Assembly (NCBI GenBank): GCA_949289565.1
Contig: CASEOO010000030.1
Coordinates: 145,813 to 209,812 of the forward strand
DNA from: an uncultured Bacteroidales bacterium
GTDB lineage: Bacteria > Bacteroidota > Bacteroidia > Bacteroidales > UBA932
Length of the DNA stretch: 64,000 bases
Reading direction: 5' to 3'
The notes below the pieces were generated by a model. It was not told the origin of the DNA, ran no database searches, and worked only from the letters and a program-made list of their open reading frames with translations. Below, one piece after another: positions 9,048 through 18,527 of this stretch. A program made the position numbers and the translations under genes. Each line of letters starts with the position of its first letter. Position 1 is the stretch's first letter.

Positions 9048-9956
9048 ATGAAGACAGATGACGCTGTCGCGAAAAAGGAAAAACAGAAAATGAAAGCAGG
9101 GATAATAGGATTAGGATTGATAGGCGGCTCAATGGCCATAGACCTGAAAAGAAGAGGCTTTGCAGATGAAATCATTGGTGTCGAAGCAGACAGTGTGAAT
9201 GCTTCTGCCGCAGAAAAAATCGGGCTGGCGGACAAGGTGCTTGGGATGGAAGAATGCGTGGCGGCGAGCGACTTGATCATATTGGCGGTGCCTGTCGGCT
9301 CTGCCGTGAAGATGCTGCCTGAAATTCTGGACATGTTCAAGGCGGAGGAGGCAGCGGCAGGAGTGTGCAGGAAAACAGTCATTGACGTCTGCTCTACTAA
9401 GGAGCAGCTGGCTAAAACCGTGCATTACCATCCTATGCGGACGCATTATGTAGCGACCCATCCGATGGCAGGGACTGAATATTCAGGCCCTTGGGCCGCC
9501 ATGCCTGGCCTGTTTGACGGCAGGGCCTGCATCATATGCAATCAGGAGGAATCTTCCCCTGCATCTGTCCATCTGGTGGAAAAACTGTATGACTGCCTGA
9601 ACATGAGGCCGATATATATGAATGCTTCCAGCCATGATGTACACACAGCGTATGTGTCGCACATTTCCCATATCACATCGTTTGCCCTGGCATTGACTGT
9701 CCTGGACAAGGAGAAGAATGAAAAGCATATCTTTGATCTGGCGTCCGGAGGTTTCTCTTCCACTGTCCGGCTGGCGAAGAGCAACGCAGACATGTGGGTG
9801 CCTATTTTCTCTCAGAACAGGGAAAACCTGCTGAAGGTCATAGATACATACATTGAGAAGGTCAATGCCTTCAGGCAGGCTATCGACGGGTTCGACGAAA
9901 AAGAAATCCGCACCCTGATCGAAGACGCCAACAGAATTAAGCGCATTATCCGGTAG
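9048..9956 (+). CDS. tyrA: Prephenate dehydrogenase
   Basis: 302-aa ORF with a Rossmann motif (IIGLGLIGGS) and an HPMAG motif. The true start may be the internal ATG at 9090 (MKAGIIGLG). Confidence 0.85.
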   Translation: MKTDDAVAKKEKQKMKAGIIGLGLIGGSMAIDLKRRGFADEIIGVEADSVNASAAEKIGLADKVLGMEECVAASDLIILAVPVGSAVKMLPEILDMFKAEEAAAGVCRKTVIDVCSTKEQLAKTVHYHPMRTHYVATHPMAGTEYSGPWAAMPGLFDGRACIICNQEESSPASVHLVEKLYDCLNMRPIYMNASSHDVHTAYVSHISHITSFALALTVLDKEKNEKHIFDLASGGFSSTVRLAKSNADMWVPIFSQNRENLLKVIDTYIEKVNAFRQAIDGFDEKEIRTLIEDANRIKRIIR

Positions 9957-9958
9957 AA

Positions 9959-10020
9959 AATATAATTGCACCGACGGTGCAATAAATAATGGGAAATATA
10001 ATTGCACCGGAACGGGTGCT
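9959..10020 (+). promoter_or_regulatory. Tandem 16-nt direct repeat (AAATATAATTGCACCG), each copy forming a hairpin or palindrome, between tyrA and the DAHP synthase gene
   Basis: Copies at 9959-9974 and 9995-10010. The first is part of a perfect 19-nt palindrome ATTGCACCGACGGTGCAAT (9966-9984). The second is an imperfect version. Each repeat contains TATAATTG, a near -7 box. Confidence 0.35.
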
Positions 10021-10049
10021 TGAATAGAAAACAATTAAAATCAATACTT

Positions 10050-11171
10050 ATGGAAAAGAAACTAGACATCATTCCTTTGAAAGAATGGAACTTGTTCAAT
10101 CTGTTCAATGACAAGAAGCCGCTGATGATAGCCGGCCCATGCAGCGCAGAGTCTGAAATCCAGATCATGGAGACTGCCCGCGGGCTCAAATCTCTCGGGA
10201 TAAGTGTGTTCCGTGCCGGCATATGGAAACCACGTACTCATCCTAATACATTCGAAGGTGTAGGGACTCCGGGCCTGAAGTGGATGCAGAGGGTGAAGAA
10301 CGAACTCGGGATGAAAATATGCACTGAGGTGGCAAGCGAGAAACATATCTTCGACTGCATCAAGTTCGGGGTGGATATGGTCTGGATAGGGGCCAGAACT
10401 ACGGCCAATCCTTTTCTGGTGCAGGAAATAGCTGACGCATTGAAAGATACAGACATACCTGTGCTGGTGAAGAATCCTGTGAATCCGGATATCGACCTGT
10501 GGATAGGCGCTCTGGAGAGGCTGAACCAGGCCGGAGTGAAGAAACTTGGGGTCATACACAGGGGCTTCTCGACATCAGAGAAGATTCCTTACAGGAACAG
10601 GCCTGACTGGCAGATAGCCATAGAGCTCAGGACGCGCTATCCGGAGCTGCCGTTCTTCTGCGACCCGAGCCATATGGGCGGGGCGAAACAGTATCTCCAG
10701 GATATTTCGCAGACTTCTCTTGACCTGGGGCTCGACGGCCTGATGATAGAGTCTCATTGCGACCCTACATGTGCATTGAGCGATGCGAAGCAGCAGCTCA
10801 CCCCTGCTGAACTCGGGGATCTCCTGTCGAAGCTCGTGGTGAGGGAGAGTGATTCTGACAGTCCGGAGTACAAGGAGAATATTCACCAGCTCAGGGCCAA
10901 GATAGACGTGCTGGATGACAGCCTGCTCTATCTGCTCGGCTCCAGGATGAATATCAGCCGGCAGATCGGTGAATACAAGAAGAGCAACAATATCGCTATT
11001 CTTCAGACAGGCCGCTGGGATGAACTTCTGGCAAAGGCTATAGAAAAGGGCGAGTCGCTCGGGCTTCCGGCGAAATTCGTTTCAGCAGTCTTCAATGCCA
11101 TTCACGAGGCTTCAGTGCAGGTGCAGAACGATATCCTCACAGGAGATTCTTCAGAAGAGTCCGGAAAATAG
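10050..11171 (+). CDS. Bifunctional 3-deoxy-7-phosphoheptulonate (DAHP) synthase / chorismate mutase type II
   Basis: N-terminal type I-beta DAHPS/KDO8PS-like domain (LMIAGPCSAES ... CDPSH). C-terminal AroQ chorismate mutase helix region (IDVLDDSLLYLLGSRMNISRQIGEYK). I prefer the ATG at 10050 over the upstream start at 10002. Confidence 0.9.
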   Translation: MEKKLDIIPLKEWNLFNLFNDKKPLMIAGPCSAESEIQIMETARGLKSLGISVFRAGIWKPRTHPNTFEGVGTPGLKWMQRVKNELGMKICTEVASEKHIFDCIKFGVDMVWIGARTTANPFLVQEIADALKDTDIPVLVKNPVNPDIDLWIGALERLNQAGVKKLGVIHRGFSTSEKIPYRNRPDWQIAIELRTRYPELPFFCDPSHMGGAKQYLQDISQTSLDLGLDGLMIESHCDPTCALSDAKQQLTPAELGDLLSKLVVRESDSDSPEYKENIHQLRAKIDVLDDSLLYLLGSRMNISRQIGEYKKSNNIAILQTGRWDELLAKAIEKGESLGLPAKFVSAVFNAIHEASVQVQNDILTGDSSEESGK

Positions 11172-12264
11172 CTGATTCCTGCTCGGTCAGGAAAACGGCT
11201 TCAATAGGTATCTGGAACATCCGCTTGCGGAGATTTCCGGGTACCTCTTTCATTTCGCGCAGCCTCTGTGCGTCCTTTTCAGTAGTGGCAATCAGGGCAG
11301 TGGGCTCGTTTTCTGCGGCCAAGCCTATTTTCCGGATGTCGCTCCATGTGAATTTGTGATGGTCTCCGAAGGCCAGATGCCTGGCTACCTTGTATTTCCC
11401 TGCCAGATATGATTTCAAAGGAGAGTCATTGGCGATGCCTGTGAACAGCACAGCGCGTTTTGAATAAATGTAATGGGCGTCTCCGTCAGGGAAGACAGGG
11501 GAGGCATCGCAATACTTTATAGTGGAGAACAAGACGGTCTGTTCCCTGCCCGCCTTGCTGATCCCCTGCATGGTCTCAGTGTCGAAATCAGAGATTCCCA
11601 TTGCGCTGATCCATTTGAATTTTTCCAGCTCGTCGATGAATGAAGGGCACTTGGTGACGATGAGTACATCTGCTGCCTGCATACGTTCGCGCAGGTCTCT
11701 CAGCCTTCCTATCGGAAGCAGGTGATCTGTCATGACCGGCCTGCCGTAGTCGATCAGCAGGATGGACAGGTTTGCTTTCAGAGATCTGTGCTGGAAAGCA
11801 TCGTCCAGGATTATAAGGTCTGCCGGGAGAAACTCCTTGTTCAGGCATTTGCGGCCCTTTTTGGAAGTCTTCAGCTTTTCAGGATGGCACAGGAAGCTGC
11901 ACCCTTCGACTCTGTCGGCATCCACAGCCACGGTTACAGCTGGAAACTTGGCCTTTATCTGAAGAGGCTCATCTCCGGAGAATGAAGATGTGCTGTCTGT
12001 CATCACCTGCTGGAAGCCTTTGCTGCGTCTTCCGTAGCCTCTGGAAAGGACTGCAAGATGCTTCCCTTCGGCTTCTTCCATGGAAAGCAATGTCCTTGCT
12101 GTCAGTTCAGTGTGAGGCGTCTTCCCTGTGCCTCCCACTGTGATGTTCCCTATGCAGATGGACGGTACATCCGCCCTGACGGATTTCCTGATTCCTTTGT
12201 CATACAGGAAGTGCCTGAGTTTCAGCACCAGATAATATGGAGCAAGTAATATTTTGTCTATCAT
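11137..12264 (-). CDS. lpxK: Tetraacyldisaccharide 4'-kinase
   Basis: 375-aa ORF with a P-loop (GNITVGGTGKTPH) and an LSRGYGR motif. Confidence 0.9.
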   Translation of the reverse strand: MIDKILLAPYYLVLKLRHFLYDKGIRKSVRADVPSICIGNITVGGTGKTPHTELTARTLLSMEEAEGKHLAVLSRGYGRRSKGFQQVMTDSTSSFSGDEPLQIKAKFPAVTVAVDADRVEGCSFLCHPEKLKTSKKGRKCLNKEFLPADLIILDDAFQHRSLKANLSILLIDYGRPVMTDHLLPIGRLRDLRERMQAADVLIVTKCPSFIDELEKFKWISAMGISDFDTETMQGISKAGREQTVLFSTIKYCDASPVFPDGDAHYIYSKRAVLFTGIANDSPLKSYLAGKYKVARHLAFGDHHKFTWSDIRKIGLAAENEPTALIATTEKDAQRLREMKEVPGNLRKRMFQIPIEAVFLTEQESAIFRTLLKNLL

Positions 12265-12278
12265 ACTCTGTCTTTTGT

Positions 12279-13346
12279 TCAGATAGTTTCAGGTTTAGAT
12301 TCGTTCCGTTCCGGAAAAGTCTCGCATTGGCTGGCAGGTGGCTCAGCTTCTCCCCAGCGTTCCGCCACATAGTCGAGAGTCCTGTACAGCTCATCCGGGT
12401 CATACAGAGTCACCAGCTTCAGCCTTGTCTCCTTGAAGTCCGGCAGCCCCTTGAAATAAGCTGACAGGTGGCGTCTCATTTCGAGAACGCCGACTTTTTC
12501 GCCTTTCACCTCTATGGATTTGGCCAGATGCCTTTTCGCGAGCGCCGCTCGTTCGTTTACGCTCATGGGAGGAAGGAGTTCCCCGGTGTCCAGAAAATGC
12601 CTTATTTCCCTGAACAGCCACGGATGTCCGTATGTCGCGCGGCCTATCATGATGGCGTCCACCCCGTATCTGTCGAAATATTCTTTCGCTTTCTGCGGAG
12701 AGTCTATGTCCCCGTTTCCTATGATGGGAATGTGCATCCTCGGGTTTTCTTTCACTTTCCCGATCAGAGTCCAGTCAGCCTCTCCCTTGTACATCTGGCA
12801 CCGCGTCCTGCCGTGTATGGTCAGCGCCTGTATCCCGGCATCCTGCAGCCTTTCGGCCAATTCCACTATGATCTTCGAGTCTTCGTCCCATCCGAGCCTG
12901 GTTTTCACAGTTACCGGCAGCTTTACCGCGTCCACGACCATTTTCGTGATCTGCACCATCTTGTCAGGCTCCTTCATCATTCCTGAGCCCGCCCCGCGGC
13001 GGGCAATTTTGTTGACCGGGCATCCGAAGTTGATGTCTATCAGGTCTGCCCCGTGGCCGCCTACGAGCTGCACGGCATTCTCGGCCATTTTCGCCGCGTC
13101 CACCATGGCTTCCGGAATATTCCCGTAGATCTGTATGCCTATCGGGGCTTCATAGTCATGCGTAACCATTTTTGCCAGGGACTTTTTCGCATCACGGATG
13201 AGTCCGTCGGACGATACGAATTCAGTGTACATCATATCAGCCCCGAATTCCTTGCACACGAAACGGAACGACGCATCAGTCACATCCTCCATCGGCGCCA
13301 GAAAAAGCGGCCTGTCTTTGAACTCAATATTTCCGATATTCATCAT
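12279..13346 (-). CDS. dusB: tRNA dihydrouridine synthase B
   Basis: 355-aa ORF with N-terminal LAPMEDVTDASFR and an FMN-binding TIM-barrel signature (INFGCP, TVKTRLGW, TIHGRT). Confidence 0.9.
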   Translation of the reverse strand: MMNIGNIEFKDRPLFLAPMEDVTDASFRFVCKEFGADMMYTEFVSSDGLIRDAKKSLAKMVTHDYEAPIGIQIYGNIPEAMVDAAKMAENAVQLVGGHGADLIDINFGCPVNKIARRGAGSGMMKEPDKMVQITKMVVDAVKLPVTVKTRLGWDEDSKIIVELAERLQDAGIQALTIHGRTRCQMYKGEADWTLIGKVKENPRMHIPIIGNGDIDSPQKAKEYFDRYGVDAIMIGRATYGHPWLFREIRHFLDTGELLPPMSVNERAALAKRHLAKSIEVKGEKVGVLEMRRHLSAYFKGLPDFKETRLKLVTLYDPDELYRTLDYVAERWGEAEPPASQCETFPERNESKPETI

Positions 13347-13423
13347 TGTCTGTCCTGTTTTTCAGTCTCGGTCATCTGCCTGGGGCCAAAATGGCGGAGT
13401 GTCTGCGTCCGTAGTGCAGCTTG

Positions 13424-14758
13424 CTATAAGTTGAATTCCTTTTTTATGGTGTCGACCGAATCGAGAAGCTCCCATCCGAAGAACTGCGCTATTTCCTGAG
13501 TTTTGACGCCTCCCCGGTACACTTCGACGAATTCCTGGTAAGGTTTTCTGCCGACATGGCCGTATGCTGCGGCAGGTTCGTAAATAGGTTTCTTGAGCTG
13601 GAACTTTTCGATGATCTTGGCAGGTCTCAGGTCGAAGAGCTTGCCGATGCGTTCAGCTATATAAGAGTCGCTGTACTGCTTTCCTGAAGGATCCTTCGCC
13701 GCCGTTCCGTAAGTGTTTACATAGATGCTGACAGGCTCTGCCACGCCTATGGCATATGCCAGCTGCACCAGCATTTCATGCGCAAGGCCTGCCGCCACCA
13801 TGTTTTTCGCTATGTACCTGGCTGCATAGGCTGCGGAACGGTCTACTTTCGAAGGGTCTTTCCCGGAGAAAGCCCCGCCTCCGTGTGCTCCCTTTCCTCC
13901 GTATGTATCCACTATGATTTTCCTTCCGGTCAGTCCGGTGTCCCCGTGCGGTCCGCCTATTACGAATTTCCCTGTAGGGTTGACATGGAGGATATACCCG
14001 TCTTTGAACAGGGCCGCTGTCTCTTCGGGAAGTTCAGCTATCAGTTCCGGAATCAGTATTTCCTGCACGTCCTTGCGGATTTTCGCCTGCATTGCCGCGT
14101 CCACACGCTTCTGTCCGTATTGGTCGCAGGCCTCCTTGTAGCTCATATTGCCGAGCTCTGCCGGCACGAACTCGTCATGCTGAGTGGAGATGACTATAGT
14201 ATGGACTTTTATCGGACGGTGCGTGGTGTCATCGTATTCAATGGTGAACTGCGACTTGGAATCCGGCCTCAGATATGGCATCAGTTCCGGAGTTTCTTTT
14301 CTGATTCTGGCGAGGATCATCAGAGCCTTGTGAGCCAAGGCCAGAGGCAGAGGCATGTATTCTGCCGTGTCGTCGCAGGCATAGCCGAACATCATTCCCT
14401 GGTCTCCTGCTCCCTGCTCGTCTGCATTTTCAGTCACTACTCCGCGGTTTATATCCTGAGACTGCTCGTGTATGGCGGAGATCACGCCGCAGGAGTTCCC
14501 GTCGAACATGTATTCAGCCTTGTTGTATCCTATTCTGTTGATTACTTTTCTTACTACGCTCTGGATATCCACATATGCGTCATTAGAGCTGACTTCACCT
14601 CCTACTACGACCAGCCCGGTGCTGCAGAATGTCTCGCATGCCACCTTGGCTTCCGGGTCCTGGCGGAGAAACTCATCGAGTATGGCGTCGGATATCTGGT
14701 CCGAAACCTTGTCCGGATGTCCCTCTGACACCGATTCTGAAGTAAATAAATATGCCAT
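13424..14758 (-). CDS. metK: S-adenosylmethionine synthetase
   Basis: 444-aa ORF with [28 protein letters not shown] and GGGAFSGKD motifs. Confidence 0.95.
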   Translation of the reverse strand: MAYLFTSESVSEGHPDKVSDQISDAILDEFLRQDPEAKVACETFCSTGLVVVGGEVSSNDAYVDIQSVVRKVINRIGYNKAEYMFDGNSCGVISAIHEQSQDINRGVVTENADEQGAGDQGMMFGYACDDTAEYMPLPLALAHKALMILARIRKETPELMPYLRPDSKSQFTIEYDDTTHRPIKVHTIVISTQHDEFVPAELGNMSYKEACDQYGQKRVDAAMQAKIRKDVQEILIPELIAELPEETAALFKDGYILHVNPTGKFVIGGPHGDTGLTGRKIIVDTYGGKGAHGGGAFSGKDPSKVDRSAAYAARYIAKNMVAAGLAHEMLVQLAYAIGVAEPVSIYVNTYGTAAKDPSGKQYSDSYIAERIGKLFDLRPAKIIEKFQLKKPIYEPAAAYGHVGRKPYQEFVEVYRGGVKTQEIAQFFGWELLDSVDTIKKEFNL

Positions 14759-14839
14759 TCCTTCTCTGTTTAATAAAGTTTATATTCTTTATGCCGCTTT
14801 TCTCATGCACCGCCCTGCTGCCGGCACTCGTCCGGGCAC

Positions 14840-14867
14840 AAAAAAAGCTCCTTCAGAAATGAGGAGC
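14840..14867 (-). terminator. Terminator-like hairpin plus U7 inside the long metK upstream region
   Basis: On the minus strand, GCUCCU-(9 nt)-AGGAGC is followed by UUUUUUU (plus-strand A7 at 14840-14846). Lies about 80 nt upstream of the metK ATG. Confidence 0.5.
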
Positions 14868-14977
14868 ACAAACCATATCTAAAAATTGAGATGCACGCAT
14901 TGCGTGCAATGTCATTTTAGCATTTTTTTTGTGTGGTTGCAAGCAGCCAAATCTCTCCACATTCCTGTTTTCGGCTG

Positions 14978-14985
14978 CAAATATA
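14978..14985 (-). promoter_or_regulatory. -7 promoter box (TATATTTG) with an upstream TTTG, facing metK
   Basis: Exact TAnnTTTG on the minus strand. A TTTG element lies 18 nt upstream (15004-15007). This predicts a leader of about 210 nt. Confidence 0.4.
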
Positions 14986-15031
14986 GTCAATTTTGTGTTT
15001 TTTCAAAAGATTTTATGCGGAAAGCCATGTC

Positions 15032-15068
15032 AAAAACAAAAAAGGCCGGTCCGAAATTCCGGACCGGC
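15032..15068 (-). terminator. Intrinsic terminator of the TonB-dependent receptor gene
   Basis: 9-bp GC-rich stem GCCGGTCCG (15045-15053) pairs with CGGACCGGC (15060-15068). A U-rich tract follows on the minus strand (CTTTTTTGTTTTT). Confidence 0.7.
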
Positions 15069-15092
15069 TGACTATAGAGTATGGATAAAATC

Positions 15093-18000
15093 CTAGAAGA
15101 AGTAACGTACGCTCAGGAGCATGTTCCAAGTGTTGTAAGTGTTGGCATATTTGCTCCACTCGCGAGGGGTGTATGTGTAAGTCTGAGAAGACGCATCGTA
15201 AGTAAGAACCCTGTCTGAGTTTACTCTGTCAGTCAGACCCCAGTTCCTGTTCAGGAGGTTGGCTACGTTGTTGATGTCGAGACCTACCTGTATGGTATGG
15301 ATCTGGTCGGCAACGGAGAAGTTGAAGTCCTGAGTGAACTTGAAGTTGAAGCGGCTCTGCCATGGAGCGGCTACGGCACCTCTCTTCATATACTCGCCTC
15401 TGTGCTTGCTGAGATATTTGTCGCTTGCTATGAATTCAGCGAAAGCTTCCTTGTTCGCAGCGTCAGCGAATGTCATATTTGCCAGGTCAGCTTCAGTAGG
15501 GATGTAAATCATCTGCTGGGCACCGTAATCATCGGCAAGTGCATATCCTGACGGATTGGAAATAGTGTAGGAAAGACGTGAATATGAGTAGTTTCCTACG
15601 AAGCAGAGGTTGTATCCCTCATAGAAGAGACTGAATGTGGACCTTCCCCATCTGCCTTCATTTATGCTGTAGCTGATGTTGGCGATGAATCTGTGAGGCG
15701 GAACGAATCCTGAGTATCCGAGTTCTGCCACGTTTGAACCGTCCTTGCCGTAGTTCATGGCGCTGTAGGCTGATGATACCTGGTCTCCCCAGCCTTCTCC
15801 GAGAGTCTGAGAATCACTGTAAGTGTAGGCTGCCATGGCTGATAGTCCGAAGTGAAAGTCTTTCTGCAGCTGGGCTGTGAATGAAGCGTAGTATCCGTTT
15901 ACATCGCTGTTGGTCAGATAGTAAGGGTACATTGTACCGTCTTGGGAGTTCTTGATGCCTTCGCTGGTCCAGTGCGCTCTGGTTTCAGGCTCGCCAGGAA
16001 GCTGCATTCCGCCTTCGTCCATGGTATAGCCGAGACGGTATGTCTTGACAGAAGTCAGGTCCTTGCTGTAGATACCTTCGAGGGTAGCCTTGATGCCGCC
16101 AGGAAGCTTGGCATCGAGGGCGAGAGATGATTTCCATGATGAAGGCATCTTCAGGTTCTTGTCCATGATGGTAGGAGAAGTAGGTGCATAAAGATCCTGC
16201 TGCTGGAAAGTGCCTCCGTACAGATCATCGAGAATCTCGTTGACTGAAGTATGGAATGACGGCATAGTCATGTTAGCTCCTTTGTCAGCTATGTACTGGG
16301 CCTGGATGCAGTTGCTGTTGCCGATGGCTGAAACTATCCACACAAACGGAATACGTCCTGTGAAGATACCTGAACCTCCGCGGAGGACGAGTTTCCTGTT
16401 GCTGAGGATATCCCAGTTGAAACCTACGCGAGGCGAGAAGTTTACCTGGGCTTTAGGCATATCGGCTGTAGACAGACCCTTGAATGACTCTGAAGTGGCT
16501 GCCAGCTCGGCAAATTCCTTGTTATAGTTGTTCTTGAGAGCAGGATATACAGGGATTTCCAGACGGAGACCGGCTGTGAGCTTGAAGTTGTCGGCTATGT
16601 TCAGTTCATCCTGCAGGTACAGTGATGTCTGGTTATAGCTGAAGCTCGGATATTCCTGTGTAAGGGAATTGTTGTTCGGATGGGTGATGGCGAATGCTGC
16701 AGGAGTTTCATTATTTACGAAATCATCCCATGAGTTGTAAACGTAATATCCGTTTCCGCCCTGCATATAGCCGTTCTTGGTAAGGTCGTATTCGAACTGT
16801 ACGCCGGCAGTGATGTTGTTGATGCCTTTTACGATGTTTACTTCGTCAGTGAGGGTCACGGTGTGCACATCGCGGAGGTTGCCGTAAGTGAACGGATCCA
16901 GACCGAATGAAGTCAGGACGGTAGCAGTCTCAGGTCCGTTTTCAGCATTGCCGTCGGCATCGATGTATTCGAGAATATCCACTGTAGGGAAGAGGTCTCC
17001 GTCCCATGAACGAGGCTCATACTGATGAGACCAGGTGGCGCGGAACATATTGTTTACGGCACCGTCCAGGAATGATGAATTCAGCTCGGCTGCCAGGGAG
17101 ATGAAGTTCTGCTCCTGATAGTAGTTCGAATTCTTGAATGTCATCGAATAGTCGGAGGTACGGCTGTAGTCGTTCCTGTTATATATTTCTTTCAGCGGGC
17201 TGATGGATGTAGACGGTGATGATGCATATTTGTTCATCGTCTGGCTGTAACGGATGTTCAGTTTGTGGTTGTCGTTGATGTTCCAGTCCACGCGGGCCAT
17301 CAGTTTCCAGTCCGGAGTGCTGAGGTTGTAGCCCTGGTATGGGCCTGTCTCATATCCGTAATTGTCCTTGAGGTATTTTGAAACTTCGTTCAGGAAACCT
17401 TCGGTAGGTCTGTGGTACTGTGTGCTTCCTCCCCAGTCGGCGTTTTCGTCAGGCCTTGCGAGAGCGGAAGTTCCCGGATCCTGGTCGAGCTGGTATTCGA
17501 AGTTCAGGAAGAAGAAAAGCTTGTCCTTTATGATAGGTCCGCCTACTGTAGCGCCGATGGTGTTGTCGAGAGTCTTGTCCAGCACCAGATCGGCCTCTCC
17601 TGCTCTTGTTCCTGTCACGACATCGCTTGTATAGTAGTTATATACTGATGCATGCCACTCGTTGGTACCTCTCTTTGTCACTGCATTCACGGCACCGCCG
17701 GTGAAGCCTGACTGACGTACATCGAACGGAGTGATGCTGATGGACATCTGCTCCAGTGCATCCATGGAAATAGGGGCACCGCCTGCAGGAAGGTTCTGGC
17801 CGATACCGAATGCATTGTTGAATGCAGCACCGTCGACAGTCACGAATGATGAACGGTAGTTACCGCCGCCGATAGCCAGACCATTGGAAGTGGTGGATGA
17901 CTGAGGGGTGAGTTTCAGAATGTCGTTCAGGGCACGTGATGTCGTAGGAAGCGTGTTCATGGTCTTCTGGCTTACCGCCGTACCTGCACCGGCACCCATT

Positions 18001-18392
18001 GCGCTCATGTTTTCATCTACATTGGCAGTGAAGATGGCTGCTTCGAGTCCGAGCGCTTCAACTTCCAGAGTGTTGTTGATGGAGATGGTTTCACCCAGCG
18101 GAGCGTAAACTTCAGTATTTTCGACAGTTCTGTATCCGAGAACTTCTACTTTCACTGTGTAAGGGCCACCAGGAGTGATGTTGTTGATACGGTAGTTGCC
18201 ATTTTTGTCGGTAACGGCCGTGTACTGAGAGCCTGAAGGTGTGTGCACTGCAATGATTGCAGCTCCCTGAACAGGGCCTTCATCGTCAAGAATCTTACCG
18301 CTGATGGCGGAAGTTGTGACCTGGGCATTGACAGTAATGGCGGCAAAAAGCCCCAAAATTGCCATTGCGAATAGTTTAATTGTTTGGTTCAT
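15093..18392 (-). CDS. TonB-dependent receptor with N-terminal carboxypeptidase-regulatory-like domain (Oar-like; no adjacent SusD)
   Basis: 1099-aa ORF with a signal peptide (AITVNAQ), a CarboxypepD_reg-like segment (GKILDDEGPVQGAAIIAVH ... YTVKVEVLGY), a plug/barrel region and a C-terminal aromatic residue (VRYFF). Confidence 0.9.
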   Translation of the reverse strand: MNQTIKLFAMAILGLFAAITVNAQVTTSAISGKILDDEGPVQGAAIIAVHTPSGSQYTAVTDKNGNYRINNITPGGPYTVKVEVLGYRTVENTEVYAPLGETISINNTLEVEALGLEAAIFTANVDENMSAMGAGAGTAVSQKTMNTLPTTSRALNDILKLTPQSSTTSNGLAIGGGNYRSSFVTVDGAAFNNAFGIGQNLPAGGAPISMDALEQMSISITPFDVRQSGFTGGAVNAVTKRGTNEWHASVYNYYTSDVVTGTRAGEADLVLDKTLDNTIGATVGGPIIKDKLFFFLNFEYQLDQDPGTSALARPDENADWGGSTQYHRPTEGFLNEVSKYLKDNYGYETGPYQGYNLSTPDWKLMARVDWNINDNHKLNIRYSQTMNKYASSPSTSISPLKEIYNRNDYSRTSDYSMTFKNSNYYQEQNFISLAAELNSSFLDGAVNNMFRATWSHQYEPRSWDGDLFPTVDILEYIDADGNAENGPETATVLTSFGLDPFTYGNLRDVHTVTLTDEVNIVKGINNITAGVQFEYDLTKNGYMQGGNGYYVYNSWDDFVNNETPAAFAITHPNNNSLTQEYPSFSYNQTSLYLQDELNIADNFKLTAGLRLEIPVYPALKNNYNKEFAELAATSESFKGLSTADMPKAQVNFSPRVGFNWDILSNRKLVLRGGSGIFTGRIPFVWIVSAIGNSNCIQAQYIADKGANMTMPSFHTSVNEILDDLYGGTFQQQDLYAPTSPTIMDKNLKMPSSWKSSLALDAKLPGGIKATLEGIYSKDLTSVKTYRLGYTMDEGGMQLPGEPETRAHWTSEGIKNSQDGTMYPYYLTNSDVNGYYASFTAQLQKDFHFGLSAMAAYTYSDSQTLGEGWGDQVSSAYSAMNYGKDGSNVAELGYSGFVPPHRFIANISYSINEGRWGRSTFSLFYEGYNLCFVGNYSYSRLSYTISNPSGYALADDYGAQQMIYIPTEADLANMTFADAANKEAFAEFIASDKYLSKHRGEYMKRGAVAAPWQSRFNFKFTQDFNFSVADQIHTIQVGLDINNVANLLNRNWGLTDRVNSDRVLTYDASSQTYTYTPREWSKYANTYNTWNMLLSVRYFF

Positions 18393-18429
18393 AATAAAAT
18401 AACTATAATATGAATTTATTTCAACGCTG

Positions 18430-18437
18430 CAAAGATA
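18430..18437 (-). promoter_or_regulatory. -7 promoter box (TATCTTTG) for the TonB-dependent receptor gene
   Basis: Exact TAnnTTTG on the minus strand, 38 nt upstream of the ATG at 18392. Confidence 0.4.
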
Positions 18438-18527
18438 GTATATTTTAGAAAATTCGAAAGTTGGCTGGGCAATTTGTAATAATTAATTAGTAAAATATCA
18501 GCTATTTTATGTATTTCAGCGTTTAAC

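Noticed and set aside
10002-10049. Upstream starts offered by the ORF track for several genes: 10002 for the DAHP synthase, 22112 and 24228 for the lipoproteins, 39531 for rnr, 27641 for the EEP nuclease, 59439 for AraC.
   Set aside because: The internal ATGs give canonical N-termini (a lipoprotein signal peptide with lipobox, or conserved family N-termini) and sit at sensible distances from the promoter boxes. The upstream extensions encode non-conserved, often basic or hydrophobic junk, or overlap regulatory repeats.
14759-14990. Calling a canonical SAM-I (or SAM-II) riboswitch upstream of metK.
   Set aside because: Fragments reminiscent of the SAM-I core are present, but I could not assemble the P1-P4 four-way junction or a SAM-II pseudoknot. 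The terminator-like hairpin also lies upstream of part of the similarity. It is kept only as an unresolved structured leader that needs a covariance-model search.
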